From: the human T2T-CHM13v2.0 reference genome, Homo sapiens
NCBI RefSeq assembly: GCF_009914755.1
Contig: NC_060926.1
Strand: one strand, 5' to 3'
Length of the DNA stretch: 64,000 nt
Of the stretch, positions 14,517 to 26,699 are shown in pieces; the first letter of the stretch is position 1, and the number at the start of each line of letters is the position of its first letter. The position numbers and the translations under genes were made by a program. The notes beneath the pieces were generated by a model. That model did no database searches. It was not told where the DNA came from and saw only the letters and a list, made by a program, of their open reading frames with translations.

Positions 14517-15697
14517 AGTTTAGTTTTGTTTTGTTTTTGCTATTTACTTCTCAGATCCAGGTAAATCTGACATTAGCCAGGTATCTTGGTGGATGCCTGT
14601 AACCCCAGCTACTCAGGAGGCAGAGGCAGGAGAATCACTTGAACCCTGGTGGTGGAGGTTGCTGTGAGCCGAGATTGCGCTACTGCACTCCAGCCTGGGC
14701 AACAGGGACAGATTCCATTTAAAAAAAATGTTATAAAGATGTTATAAATATTCAACCATTCATCTTTACTTATCGGATAGACTTGGACATTAGCACTCCC
14801 TATCTGAGAGGAGGCCCTGTCTGACAAAAGGCCCTCTGCTCTTATGAAGGAAAGAGAAAAGGAGTAAAAACCAGAAGACATTTGGTTCCCATGGCCGATT
14901 TCACTGAGACAATCACCTTTGGGAAGCTTGCAAGGTAGACTACACAATGTGGGGATGATACAGGATGGAGAGAAAATACCCTTCCTTACTCTTAATTTTT
15001 CTACTTGTTAAAATTAAGTTTTATTGTACTTCAGAGATATTTCCTATTCTCTGTGCAATTCTGTTTACTGAGCCTAAGAGGGCATTAGCTGAGAAACCTT
15101 GTCATCGTGTTAGCTGGCATTAGGGTGTGCCCATCCACATTGCATGAGAGTCAGGCCAGGAGCTGGGGGAGATGGACCACTGCCAGCAGGAGCTGTAGTC
15201 ATCCCTGTGAGTGATGCAGCCGTGTCCACATCTTCGACTCCTCTGTGTGCTTCAGACAGCTCTGCACGGGACACTGGAGGAAACAGGGTCCCAATCAAAT
15301 CCCAATTTCAGTTTCTATGGCTTCCACAGAATTTATCTCCATGTTGGTATGTGAAGGGTCAGTAATGTTTCCCAAAAAGTCACTTACTACAATTTGCTGA
15401 TGGAGGAAGTACAGGATGGGTCTTTGGCCGTGAAATTCAAAAGCTGTTCCAAAATGTTCTGAAACTTCTTAAGCAAGAAGCAGGCTGTTAATGCTCCTAC
15501 ACAAAAAATCTCTCCTACATATTTGGAACTCTTTCGTATTTGTGATGGAAATTCCCAGGTGGATGTAGCTGGGAAGGAGTGACGGGGCTTTATATTCATT
15601 TTCTTTCCCCCATATGGGCATTATAGACATTATTTTGATCCCATAATCAGATTTACCTGGATCTGAAAAATAAATAGCAAACCAAAACAAACTAACT
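14517..15697. repeat. Short inverted repeat pair (14517-14570 / 15647-15697)
   Basis: tttgctatttacttctcagatccaggtaaatctga matches the reverse complement of 15647-15681 at 33/35 positions; gapped similarity extends to ~50 bp. Confidence 0.85.
14572..14729 (+). mobile_element. Alu right monomer only, no evident TSD
   Basis: Starts at attagccagg and ends in a short A tail. Confidence 0.85.
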
Positions 15698-16314
15698 CCT
15701 TGTCCCTTACCCATCTCAGACTCACATTGAGTTTTTTTTACTATCTATCATTGAGTGAATTTTGTAATCCAGTCACCCATATAAATCTTCCAAACTGTAT
15801 CAGATTTTTACCTGTTGCATTCTGACTGTGTTCCCTGTTAGGAACCATGCTATACCTTGTGCGTACAGTGGTATGATGTGATTTCTGCTATTAATGTGCT
15901 ATCTATCCAATAAGTGAGTCAAGACTGAAGCAGCAAACACTTAAAGACCATTATAAGCCAATACTTCAACAAGAGAGATATAAAGGAAAATTGATTGGGG
16001 TTTGAGTGATCAGACAAGGCTAAATGGGAGTACCCTGGATGTGAGCTTGGCTTTTAACTGGCATGCAGGGAAGATAAAAGGACATGCATCAACGTGGGAG
16101 TGAGAATGAGACGTGTGGAGGACATTCAGACACCTCCTCCTTAAGCACAGGCATTCTACTGCAGAACAGAATGAACACAAAGTTGGAAGAATCCTGATTA
16201 TGCAGGTCTTGAAAGTCAGACAAAGAGAAGGTGAAACCTAATGGGCCCAAATAGTATTCTAGGGAGATTATCTGATGAAGAAACATGGAAAGAGTTGGAG
16301 TTAGGGCTTCAAGA

Positions 16315-16360
16315 CACACACACACACACACACACGCACACACACACACACACACACGCA
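16315..16360. repeat. (CA)n microsatellite
   Basis: Direct reading. Confidence 0.95.
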
Positions 16361-16722
16361 CTTTCACACAGTCACAAAGCTATGGAAGCAATCCAAGCAT
16401 GAGACAATGGGATCTTGAACCAAGGGGTGACAGGAAGGATGGAAGGGCAGCAGTAACTCTGGGACACATTTCACAAATGGATTCTGACTTGCATGCCAGC
16501 GGTTATGGGAGGTAAACGAAGGGAGGAGTCATGGATGATTCAGATGTTTCTAACCTGAAAGACTAACTAGTGTTGCTGGTACTCATGAGAATGCAGAAAC
16601 TGGATTGGGCAATCCACAGCAAAAGACAAATGATGATGAATTCTGAGCTCCTCAGAACAACAACAACAAAAAAACCTATGTAAATTTTTAGCCAATCAAG
16701 ATAGCAAATGAAATTATTTCCT

Positions 16723-18813
16723 GTGGGTCCTTCAGTTTTCATCATTAGATCATGGGTGTGCTGGAGAGCAAGGTGCAGTCTGGAATCCTGCACTCATGCC
16801 CTTGTCCTCACTTCCCTGAAAACATACCACAGGAAAAGTCAGCAGCAAGAGCAAGGCCAGAACACACCTCACTCCTCTGACTTTCACAACCCTCATCAGT
16901 GAGATGCCCCAGAGGCTCTTTCAACATTAAGACTGTACAATAGCTCTTCTTAACAATTCGGGCGCTGGAGTCATAACAACTTGCATGGATCCCACAAACC
17001 ACTTGTTGATCAACAATTTCAATCCTCCTTCTCACATTTTTTTTTTCCCAGAGCTACTAACAAGTAGAAAAACAACTTGAGTTCATTTTTACAGCAATGC
17101 TCAATCTATGATAGTCCTAATAAGTGGTATGAGGAAGAAAAATGAGTTATTGTAATGAACCAGACCTCAGGACCGCCATCGGTGACACCCATGACCCAGA
17201 TAAAACCATCTGTCCGCAGGTATCTTATCCAAAAATCCAGGCTCCAGCACATAATAACCATGTGAACCTTGGTAAATTACTTAACACATTATTTGTGTCT
17301 CAATTTTCTCATCTTTAAAATAGGGACAATTCTATTACAAGGTCCAAAGAAATGATGTGAGTATTAACTAAGGCATGCAAAGTACTTAGCACAGTGTCTG
17401 ACACATAGCAAAGTGTTCAATAAATGTTCATCCCTGTTATTACTTGTATGCATCCCTGAAGATAAAGGGTATGCTTTGGAGGCAAAAAAAAAAAAAAAAA
17501 AGTCAGGCTGAAAATGTTGGACGTTCTTGCATTTACCAAAGCTGTTGAGTAACATCTGGATGGGTGCTATTTAGTATAACTCTGTGATAATATAAATTTG
17601 GATATAATTCAATTCATGGCTGGCTCCTGCCTTCCACCAGCCCTGATTTTCACATGCAAGATGGGCTGAATTTCTTATCCGCAGAGGGCCCAGGAGTGTT
17701 AGAAAGTGACAGCCTTGAGATAGTTGGGGCTTAATGTAATGTATGGTCATATTTGCACAGTATGATTTCCATTGTACTTTTAGAGGTATTTAGGGAACAA
17801 TAGAAAAACATTGTTTTTCATAAACTTCACAAAAGTGTGACTCCTTATTTGACATGACTACTTTTTTTGGAGTCTACTTATCTCATTCTGTCAGGGTTTT
17901 ACTGTACTTGAAAAATAGTTGTACAGTAATTAGGGGCTGCTTGCCTGGACATTCATGGGTATGTGTGTATTAAAGGGAGACAAAATAAGCTTGCCGCACA
18001 TTACAGCTTGGCTTAGTCTAAGTGTGTCTTGTAGAGATTTGTGCTGTTTTGTTGGCCCTTGATCCTAAGCAGTGTTTTTTGGCTTTAACATTTGCCTCTT
18101 GACAAGCTGCTGCATGTGGAGATTATAAGAGATTGAAACTACTTCAAACTTGGCACCTCAGCTCATTTCTTCCCTGTTTGAATGAGAAGAATTAGGGCCT
18201 GCCTGCCAGGCTCAAAAGGTTTTCTTCACCTGGGATTTATTCTTTGCAGAGGCTAGTTACCTAAGCCATTTGTTGCAACACAAAAGGGAATGAGTGAAGT
18301 CAGGTGATGTCAGGAATATCTATGTTATCTGGACCAGCACCAATGGTGTCAGGGATTGCAGCTGGTTCCCGCTCATCAAAAATGCAGACTTCTCCAGATG
18401 CCCAACCATCAAAAAGACTATGAAGGGAATCCTTTACGTCACTAATTATATTTGTTCTAAATGAGTTATCAAGTCCTACAGACCTGCCTGACTCTTCTGG
18501 GAGCAGAATGTACCCACAGTATTACAGAACAGAAGTTGTTGTGGGATCCATGCATGTTGTTATGACTCCAGTGCCCGAATTGTTAAGAGGAGCTATTGTA
18601 CAGTCTTAATGTTGAAAGAGCCTGTGGGGCATCTCACTGATGAGAGTTGTGAAAGTCAGAGGAGTGAGGTGTGTTCTGGCCTTGCTCTTGCTGCTGACTT
18701 TTCCCGTGGTATGTTTTCAAGGAAGTGAGGGCAAGGGCATGAGTGCAGGATTCCAGACTGCACCTTGCTCTCCAGCACACCCATGATCTAATGATGAAGA
18801 CTGAGGGACCCAC
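16723..18813. repeat. Long inverted repeat: 275-bp arms (16723-16997, 18539-18813), 1541-bp spacer
   Basis: Manual alignment gives 265/275 identical with no gaps. The ORF track shows the same peptide on opposite strands (16708+ and 18816-). Confidence 0.97.
17240..17440 (+). repeat. MIR inside the inverted-repeat spacer
   Basis: ccttggtaaattacttaac...ttttctcatctttaaaataggg...cttagcacagtgtctgacacatag. Confidence 0.75.
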
Positions 18814-19169
18814 CATGGCTGAGTTTCATTTAGAGGTGGATTCTAGAGTTTCATCTTCACTTCTCTATTGCCCAACTAGCACTGTAGCCCACAAATGATT
18901 TTAACTCTATTAAAGAGGACCTAATTTCTATGATACTTCAGCTACAATGCTTCATGAAGAATTAGTTGGACACAGGTAGCACTGAATACTAATAGTTAGG
19001 ATAACTCTAATACATACATTGGAATGCACTTACTCCCCATATTTCTTGATTTCATAATTGAGGCAAAGCAGGGGTGCTTCCAATCCTAGTTTCTAATTTT
19101 AGTTCACTTTTACAAAATGTAAATGATGCAATGTGAAAAATTAGTACTGACTACTAGATGTAAGAAATG

Positions 19170-19340
19170 TGAGTTCATGAGCTTAAAACAAGATTCTGGG
19201 GCCAGACTGCTTGGTTTCAAATCCTGACACCACCACTTATTAACGGTACCATCTTGGTCAAGTTACTTAAGTTCTCTGTGCATTAGTTTTCTCAACTGTG
19301 AGATGAATAATACAGTCACCACCTTACTAAATATCTGGTA
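19170..19340 (+). repeat. MIR
   Basis: ggccagactgcttggtttcaaatcctgac...ttggtcaagttacttaa. Confidence 0.75.
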
Positions 19341-19523
19341 CACAGTATGAGATCAAGAAATATTTTTATTATGATGAATTATTGGCCAATTCTAATCTTT
19401 CAGCATAAAAGACATACATGAGAAACAAAGAAAAACAAGAGCAATTTAAAAAACAGGATAAAAGCATCTAAATCCAAACTGTCATCTCAAAGTTATTCTT
19501 TCTACGACAAAAGAGGGGGAAAA

Positions 19524-19811
19524 GGCCAGGTGCGGTGACTCATGCCTGTAATCCCAGCATTTTGGGAGGCCGAGGCGGTGGATCACGAGGTCAGGAGTTC
19601 CAGACCAGCCTGGCCAAGATGGTGAAACCCCCGTCTCTACTAAAAATACAAAAATTAGCCAGGTGTGGTGGTGGGCTCCTGTAATCCCAGCTACTCAGGA
19701 GGCTGAGGCAGAGAATTGCTTGAACCCAGGAGGCAGAGGTGGCAGCGAGCCGAGATCGCACCACTGTACTCTAGCCTGGGCGACAGAGCAAGACTGTCTC
19801 AAAAAAAAAAA
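19524..19811 (+). mobile_element. Alu (AluS)
   Basis: Full dimer with poly(A). Confidence 0.93.
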
Positions 19812-20712
19812 AGGAGGCGGGGGGGCAAGTAACTGCTTCTCTACCAGTCTTACATTCTCCAAATTACTCTATAGCACCTCTGATTACAAAATTACATTTT
19901 ATATTCTATTGATTATAGAATGTATTGAAACTTTGGGCATAATTTTTACTTGGCTCTTATTTACCCAAATAGGAGTTTCAGACTTAGAAAAAATTTGTGT
20001 ATAAAAGGGTAAGATGCGGTAAATCTCATGGACAAAGAAGCGGTTTTCACCACCTTTCTTTCCTATCCCACATGATTGAATTTTGGCAAACTGTAATCTC
20101 CCTGTGTTGCAGGTTTCTCATTTGTAAAGTGAGAGGGTCACTTCTACTTGTAATAACAAACCAAAAAACTATTTTTTAGACTGAGTCTGATAAGGTCTAA
20201 GAGACTAACAAACATACTTTCCGTGTTTGAACCATCCTATAATTTTGTACTGTCCTACTGATAAACAGAAAGATAATCACTTCCTTGGCTAGTTATTATT
20301 AGAGTATGATAATAGGTCCATAGCAAAAAGTTATTCATCTCCTCCCTGATACAATGTTTTTTCAGAGCCCTTTAGATTAGGCCTAAGAGGCACATATCAC
20401 ATTATTTCTCTAGTATTTTTTTTCTTCCTAATTTAGTAGAATTATAAGAGCTTTCCACAGTTTTTTCCATGAATCTCTAATGCTATCAGGTAATATCAAT
20501 TAATTTAAGACTGCTCATTCAAAGACCTTATATTTCTCTCTTGGAAGTTTTACAAGAGGAACTTTATGTAACTGAAAAGTCCTTAAAAACAAGAAATTGG
20601 TGAAAATAGGTGTTGAAAGGAGCTATTAAAATCCTCCCATCACTATTGTTAGAAAATTGATAGTTAGCATATTAAACCAGAATATTTAAGAGTATTTGTC
20701 CTACTTATATGG

Positions 20713-20812
20713 TATTCCTGAAGCCCATGCTACTTAAGATATGTAGAAATATATAAATGGATTATTTCTGAGACCCATGCTACTTAAGATATGAACAAAC
20801 ATATAAACTCCA
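20713..20812. repeat. Diverged 50-bp tandem duplication
   Basis: cccatgctacttaagatatg at 20724 and 20774. Confidence 0.85.
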
Positions 20813-20964
20813 ACAGTATACGGTGGAGTCAATCTGTTATAAATAACTAATATACACATAATATGAAGAGAGCAAAATTATGCTGTTTTTATGAACAATC
20901 AAATAAAATCTCATCAATAACTCAAATGACTTGAGAAAACATCCTTTAGAAGTAAGGCACTGTT

Positions 20965-21268
20965 GGCTGGGCGCGGTGGCTCACGCCTGTAATCCCAGCA
21001 CTTTGGGAGGCCGAGGTGGGTGGATCACAAGGTCAGGAGATCAAGACCATCCCGGCTAACACAGTGAAACCCGGTCTCTACTAAAAATACAAAAAAATTA
21101 GCCAGGCGTGGTGATGGGCGCCTGTAGTCCCACCTACTCAGGAGGCTAAGGCAGGAGAATGGTGTGAACCCAGGAGGCAGAGCTTGCTTGCAGTGAGCCG
21201 AAATCGCGCCACTGCACTCCAGCCTGGGCGACAGAGTGAGACTATGTCTCGACAAAACAAAACAAAAA
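20965..21268 (+). mobile_element. Alu (AluY-like)
   Basis: gaccatcccggctaacac diagnostic; TSD agaagtaaggcactgtt / agaaataaggtactatt. Confidence 0.93.
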
Positions 21269-22332
21269 AGAAATAAGGTACTATTTAAATGTAAGGAATT
21301 GTTTATTCTAGCACCAACAGTTTAAATGCTTTCCACTAACTGAGTTGACATTTTCTTTTGAATTAGCCTATTGAGCATGATTCACGTAAATTCTGCTATG
21401 GTTCTCATCTGATTTCTTAGAACTGGGTGATTCAAAAACACTAATTATTTTTAAAAGTCACTAGCTTTTTACTCTCTTTACAAAATAATTCAGGATTGTC
21501 TTCTTTTACATAGCAAATTACCATAATTTATGTGAAATACAATCTAATTTATAGAAATTTGATTTACAAGAAGCTTTTTAGGAGATGGCTGCTTTGTGAA
21601 GCAAGAAGTGTCTGGTTTGACTTTTCCTCCTCTTTTAAGAAAACTGGCTTCACAGGGAAAAAATAAAAATGAAAACAGCATTCATCAAGCCACTGGGGTT
21701 AAAACCCTCATCCCCCTCAGTTCTGAGGACTTTTCTTAGTCCTTTCTACTTTTTCATTCTGGATCCAAAAGAAAATAACGGAGTGTCGGGCATTCTGCCC
21801 ATTTTACAACTTGACAATTACTAAATGTAACTGAAAGAGCGCTAATTAGATAACAATCTTCTCTTGAACTAAATGTGTTGACACATTTACACCACTCAAA
21901 TATCAGCCCTAAAGAGAGAGAAGGGATTTGTATACTACTCTGGATTTTCATTTGTTCAGTTGATCAAATACAAGACTATGGTTTCCATTACAAAAGTAAA
22001 GAATGATATAGCAAGAGATTGCTGCTTGTTTGTGCTGTGCATATCATGGCAAGATTTATGAAATGAATAATAAATGAGTCAAAATTTTATAAAGGCTAAA
22101 ATATTTTCTGGCTTCTACAAGCTTCATATTTTTCTAGATAAATATTACAAACTCAACTTTCTGACTAACTTGAAAATCTAGGGTAAAAAACACACAAATT
22201 GTTCATATTAATCCTTCCAAGTGAAAACACTATACAAAAAAAATTTTTTGAAATGAAACACTAAAGTGGTACCAAAATAAATTTTAACTAGAATCCAAAA
22301 ATTAAGGAAATAAACAAATGTCATTTACTTAC

Positions 22333-22426
22333 AAGTTGGTTTTGCAGTTGGAGGAAATTTGGTCCGAGTAATAGCCAAAATTATGAAAATAATGACTGGC
22401 CATAAGATCAAGACAAGTGTCCAAAG
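22333..22426 (-). CDS. ABCA12: ABCA12 exon 2 (first transmembrane helix)
   Basis: Acceptor ccattattttgcag| and donor T|GTAAGT. The 94 nt encode LWTLVLILWPVIIFIILAITRTKFPPTAKPT plus 1 nt, in frame with exon 1. Confidence 0.97.
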
Positions 22427-23207
22427 CTGCAAAATAATGGTAGAAAAAATTGTTAGTTTTATTGTTGAACCAAAGATTTTTAAAACCTGACTACAAAAAG
22501 TATGTCATACTATAATATTTCAACACAAGCTGAATATTTGACCAACTGTAGATATTATTAATAAAAAGTGAATGAGAGATTTTTTTAATATGTAAAAGAC
22601 CTGTAAATGCACAGAAGAATGATTTTTCCAGGCTTAAAACCATGAAATAACCTTCTGAAGATTTATTTTGGATCACCTCTCATGACTGCCCCAATCATCA
22701 TTATATTAAAATTAACCCTGATTGGTTACTTCATTCCTTAAAAATCCTTTAGAGTTTCCCACTTCCCTATTGGATAAGACACAATGTTCTAAACAGGCCA
22801 TACAAAACCCAAAATAATTTCAACCTATGCCTATTTTAGCCCTTTCAATGTCAGCATTCTATGCTCAGTCATAAAGACTGGTGTGTGAAGTGGGTCATGA
22901 CCCATAAATATTGTTGAAAAAATGAACTTAAGAATGAACCAAAAAAGAAATAATTGAGTCAATGAGTGAAGAAGTAAAAAGGAACTTCAAGTCCCATGCA
23001 GTCCCATATACTACTTAATGTCTTGTGTGTCTACTTCTATCATAGAACTTACACCGTTATAGTCAATGATTTTTTTTTTTTTTTTTTGCCCAGTTCCCAA
23101 ATAAACTGGACGTTCATTTATGGTAGGGGCAGTGTCTTATTGATACCTAAATTTCCACCACTCGATGAAAAATAGATGCTCAAAAACACATACTGCATTG
23201 AAATTTC

Positions 23208-23534
23208 TTTGGGTTTTTTTTGTTTTTTTTTGTTTTTTTTTTGGTTTTTTTTGAGACAAGAGTCTTGCTCTGTCACCCAGGCTGGATCGCAGTGGTGTGA
23301 TCTTGGCTTGCTGCAACCTCTGCCTCCCAGGTTCAAACAATCCTCTGCCTCAGTCTCCCGAGTAGCTAGGATTACAGGCACCCGCCACCACGCCTGGCTA
23401 ATTTTTGTATTTTTAGTAGAGATGAGGTTCCACCATCTTGGCTAGGCTGGTCTTGAACTCCTGACCTTGTGATCCACCTGCCTCAGCCTCCCAAAGTGCT
23501 GGGATTACAGGCGTGTGAGCCACCGTGCCCGGCC
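23208..23534 (-). mobile_element. Alu (AluS)
   Basis: Reverse-complement dimer; TSD tgaaattt. Confidence 0.93.
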
Positions 23535-24138
23535 TGAAATTTTCATTAGAGAATTTCACTTTAAGTACTTTAGGAGCTGCTTTTCCTCCCCGTGTAGAAG
23601 TGATTCAGTTTGAAAAACACTAACTGCTTAATATTTTATAGACCTATATAATTGGCTCCAGAACCATGAAAAACATATTCACAAGAACATTAACTGTGAT
23701 ATGCAAATAGTTATGGTGCTAAAACCAAACCACAGGGACAAATTTTGCCTATACTTAATAAAGTGAAACTTGGAACTGTATAGTTTTCTGGTCAGACTTA
23801 TCTTTTCTCTCCCACTTTTCAGAGACAATTTGCTTCAGCCAAATCTCAAGCTATCTACCTGGAGCTCTTCAATTCACCAAAGCAATCCAAACCCCATGAA
23901 TTACTGATCCTTAAATAACTCCTAATCTACATTTGCTACTAAAATCTCCATTTTGTGTCCAAGAGTGCTGCTCTCCTTGCTGGTAGGCCTGTCACCAACT
24001 TCTTAGACGTTGGGTATAATGGTAAGTTTTCAAAAATGGAAGTTCACAAAGTTCACTATAGATCCAAGGAATCCTGAGGCACTCGGTTTGAACATAGCTT
24101 GAAAAGCACCCATAAAGACTGAACAACTTAATCTAAAA

Positions 24139-24309
24139 CAGCACTTCTCAAACACTAGTGTGGACTTCCAGATCAGTTTGGGATCTTGTAAACATACAGA
24201 TTATGGTTCAGTAGATCTGAGGTGGGGGCTGAGATTCTGCATTTCTAAGAAGCTCCCAGGTAAGTGATGCTGATGCAGCTGGTCCATGGACTGCACTTTG
24301 AGGAGAGTG
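24139..24309. mobile_element. MER5A (hAT-Charlie)
   Basis: cagcacttctcaaac...gagattctgcatttctaagaagctcccaggt...cactttgag. Confidence 0.8.
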
Positions 24310-24399
24310 GATCTAGATGTATGCCACCCTACCTATCTAACAGGAGTGTTTACAAAGTCCTGGAATATTTTTGTTGGAAAATTTCTTTGGGATCACCTA

Positions 24400-25090
<691 letters not shown>

Positions 25091-26699
25091 GATGAATTTT
25101 AAAACATTATTCTTAAAGGAGCTGTAGGTTTGACCAAACTGCCAAAGCCATCCTAAGGTCCTGTAATCTGATCTAACTCTTTTTTGTATTCTCTGGGTGC
25201 AGAAAGTTAGCATAACTTGTCCAAAGTCATATATCCAATTGTGAGGCAGAGCAGGAGACAAGGATCTGAATCCCAAGATACATAGGAGGCCAGGATTCTT
25301 TTTTTTATAATTATTGTGCTGTTCCGAGCAGCAAATAAGAAAGCATTACAGAAAGTGTATTGCAAAAATATGAGTGCTACAGAAATGTAAGACGTGTTAT
25401 TATTCTAGCCTCATCTCTGATTTATTTCAAAATTGGAGCTTGTTCTTTAAAGATCCTGAATACAAGGTATCGTCTTTATTTTATGTTTCTCATTTGAAAT
25501 GTAGACTAGAAAGAATTAAGGTTAAAAAATTAATGTTTGTGGATTTATCAGTTTTGTATTTGAGGTCATAGTTATGAAAGTATTCATCTGAGTAGACTTA
25601 ATGCCCCATAGCTACTTTTAGGAACTTCTATTCATTTTCTATGGCAACTTCATGAGAATTCAGTGACCGAGATCAACGATAACAACATATCCACATTCAG
25701 ATAAGGGGCATATATTGTATGGTATGTATGGTTGCCTTTTGCTTGATCTAATTTGATGATTTCATGAGGATGTTTTGGTGAGTTTTAAAATTAATTTTAA
25801 ACATATTTTGAATCCAGACAAAAATGCAATCTATACCAGAGACGTTTAAGGCATTTTAGACTCTTGAAGGCAAAAACCACAGCCAGCCTATAAACGAATC
25901 TATTATTACAAGGTTTCCCTGGGATTTCAGGTCAGAGAGAGATTTAGAGAACATTTCTGCATACTGCATTTTACGGGGAAAATAAATACAAAGCCCTCTA
26001 CACTATGGTCTCACGAATATTAAGGTTGACAGGTTAATCACAAAAGCAAGAAATAAATAAAATTTAAATTTTCATAGCAGCAGTGTTGCTCACAACACCA
26101 TTCTAAATATGTTCATAAGCAACCTAGAAGCAAATGCGGTGTCAAGGATTCAAACTCTAAACCAATAGGCCATGACTTTTTTCTGTTTGGAGAAAGGGAT
26201 GATATATTAATTTTACACATATAGACACAGGAGCTACTGGAGATGTTTGAGGAAAGCAGTGTTTAAAGGTTTAGTATTTTTGCTTAGAGTGTAATTATTT
26301 CACACTGTCTCTACATCTCCTTGGCATTCCACCCCCCTATACTCTTGGCATCAAAGGGTATGTGCACACTAAATAGTTTATGATTCCTTAGTGGGCCAGG
26401 GCATTCGTGTCCTTTTATTTCTCCAGGATTTATTTTCTACTGAGATGTACCATTCTGTTCTCTTTTTCTTCTTCTTTTCCTGAAAAATTCAATCCAAAAG
26501 TCCGTAGGTAGGTCCTAGCAAGGTAAGTGTACGTGCTAGTACTTGAGGAGCCACAGCTACCCAGTGAGGGAAGTGGGGCCTTAGAAGGGTGAAGAGGACA
26601 TGGGCACTGAGGCAGTGAGATGTGGGATGTCAGAGACCAAGTGGGGTGAAGAAGGTGTCAGTGCAGGGAGACAGGACAGAGGCAGTGGCAGGCGACCGA

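Noticed and set aside
15110-15599. Slightly GC-richer, coding-looking short ORFs
   Set aside because: No recognisable homology and stops in the plausible frames; a pseudogene call is unsupported without a tBLASTx search.
14551-15666. Two inverted TCAGAT-N8-ATCTGA sites resembling lox/FRT-type recombination sites
   Set aside because: The arms are only 6 bp, no recombinase gene is present and the context is mammalian; a templated duplication explains them more simply.
16723-18813. Long inverted repeat read as the termini of a DNA transposon
   Set aside because: No TSD, no transposase remnant, and the interior holds a MIR much older than the arm divergence.
16708-18816. Near-identical 60-75 aa ORFs in both arms of the long inverted repeat
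   Set aside because: Their similarity follows from the DNA duplication; no recognisable domain or coding signature.
20713-20812. Repeat-spacer-repeat pattern superficially like CRISPR
   Set aside because: Only two units, the intervening sequences are homologous, the DNA is eukaryotic and there are no cas genes.
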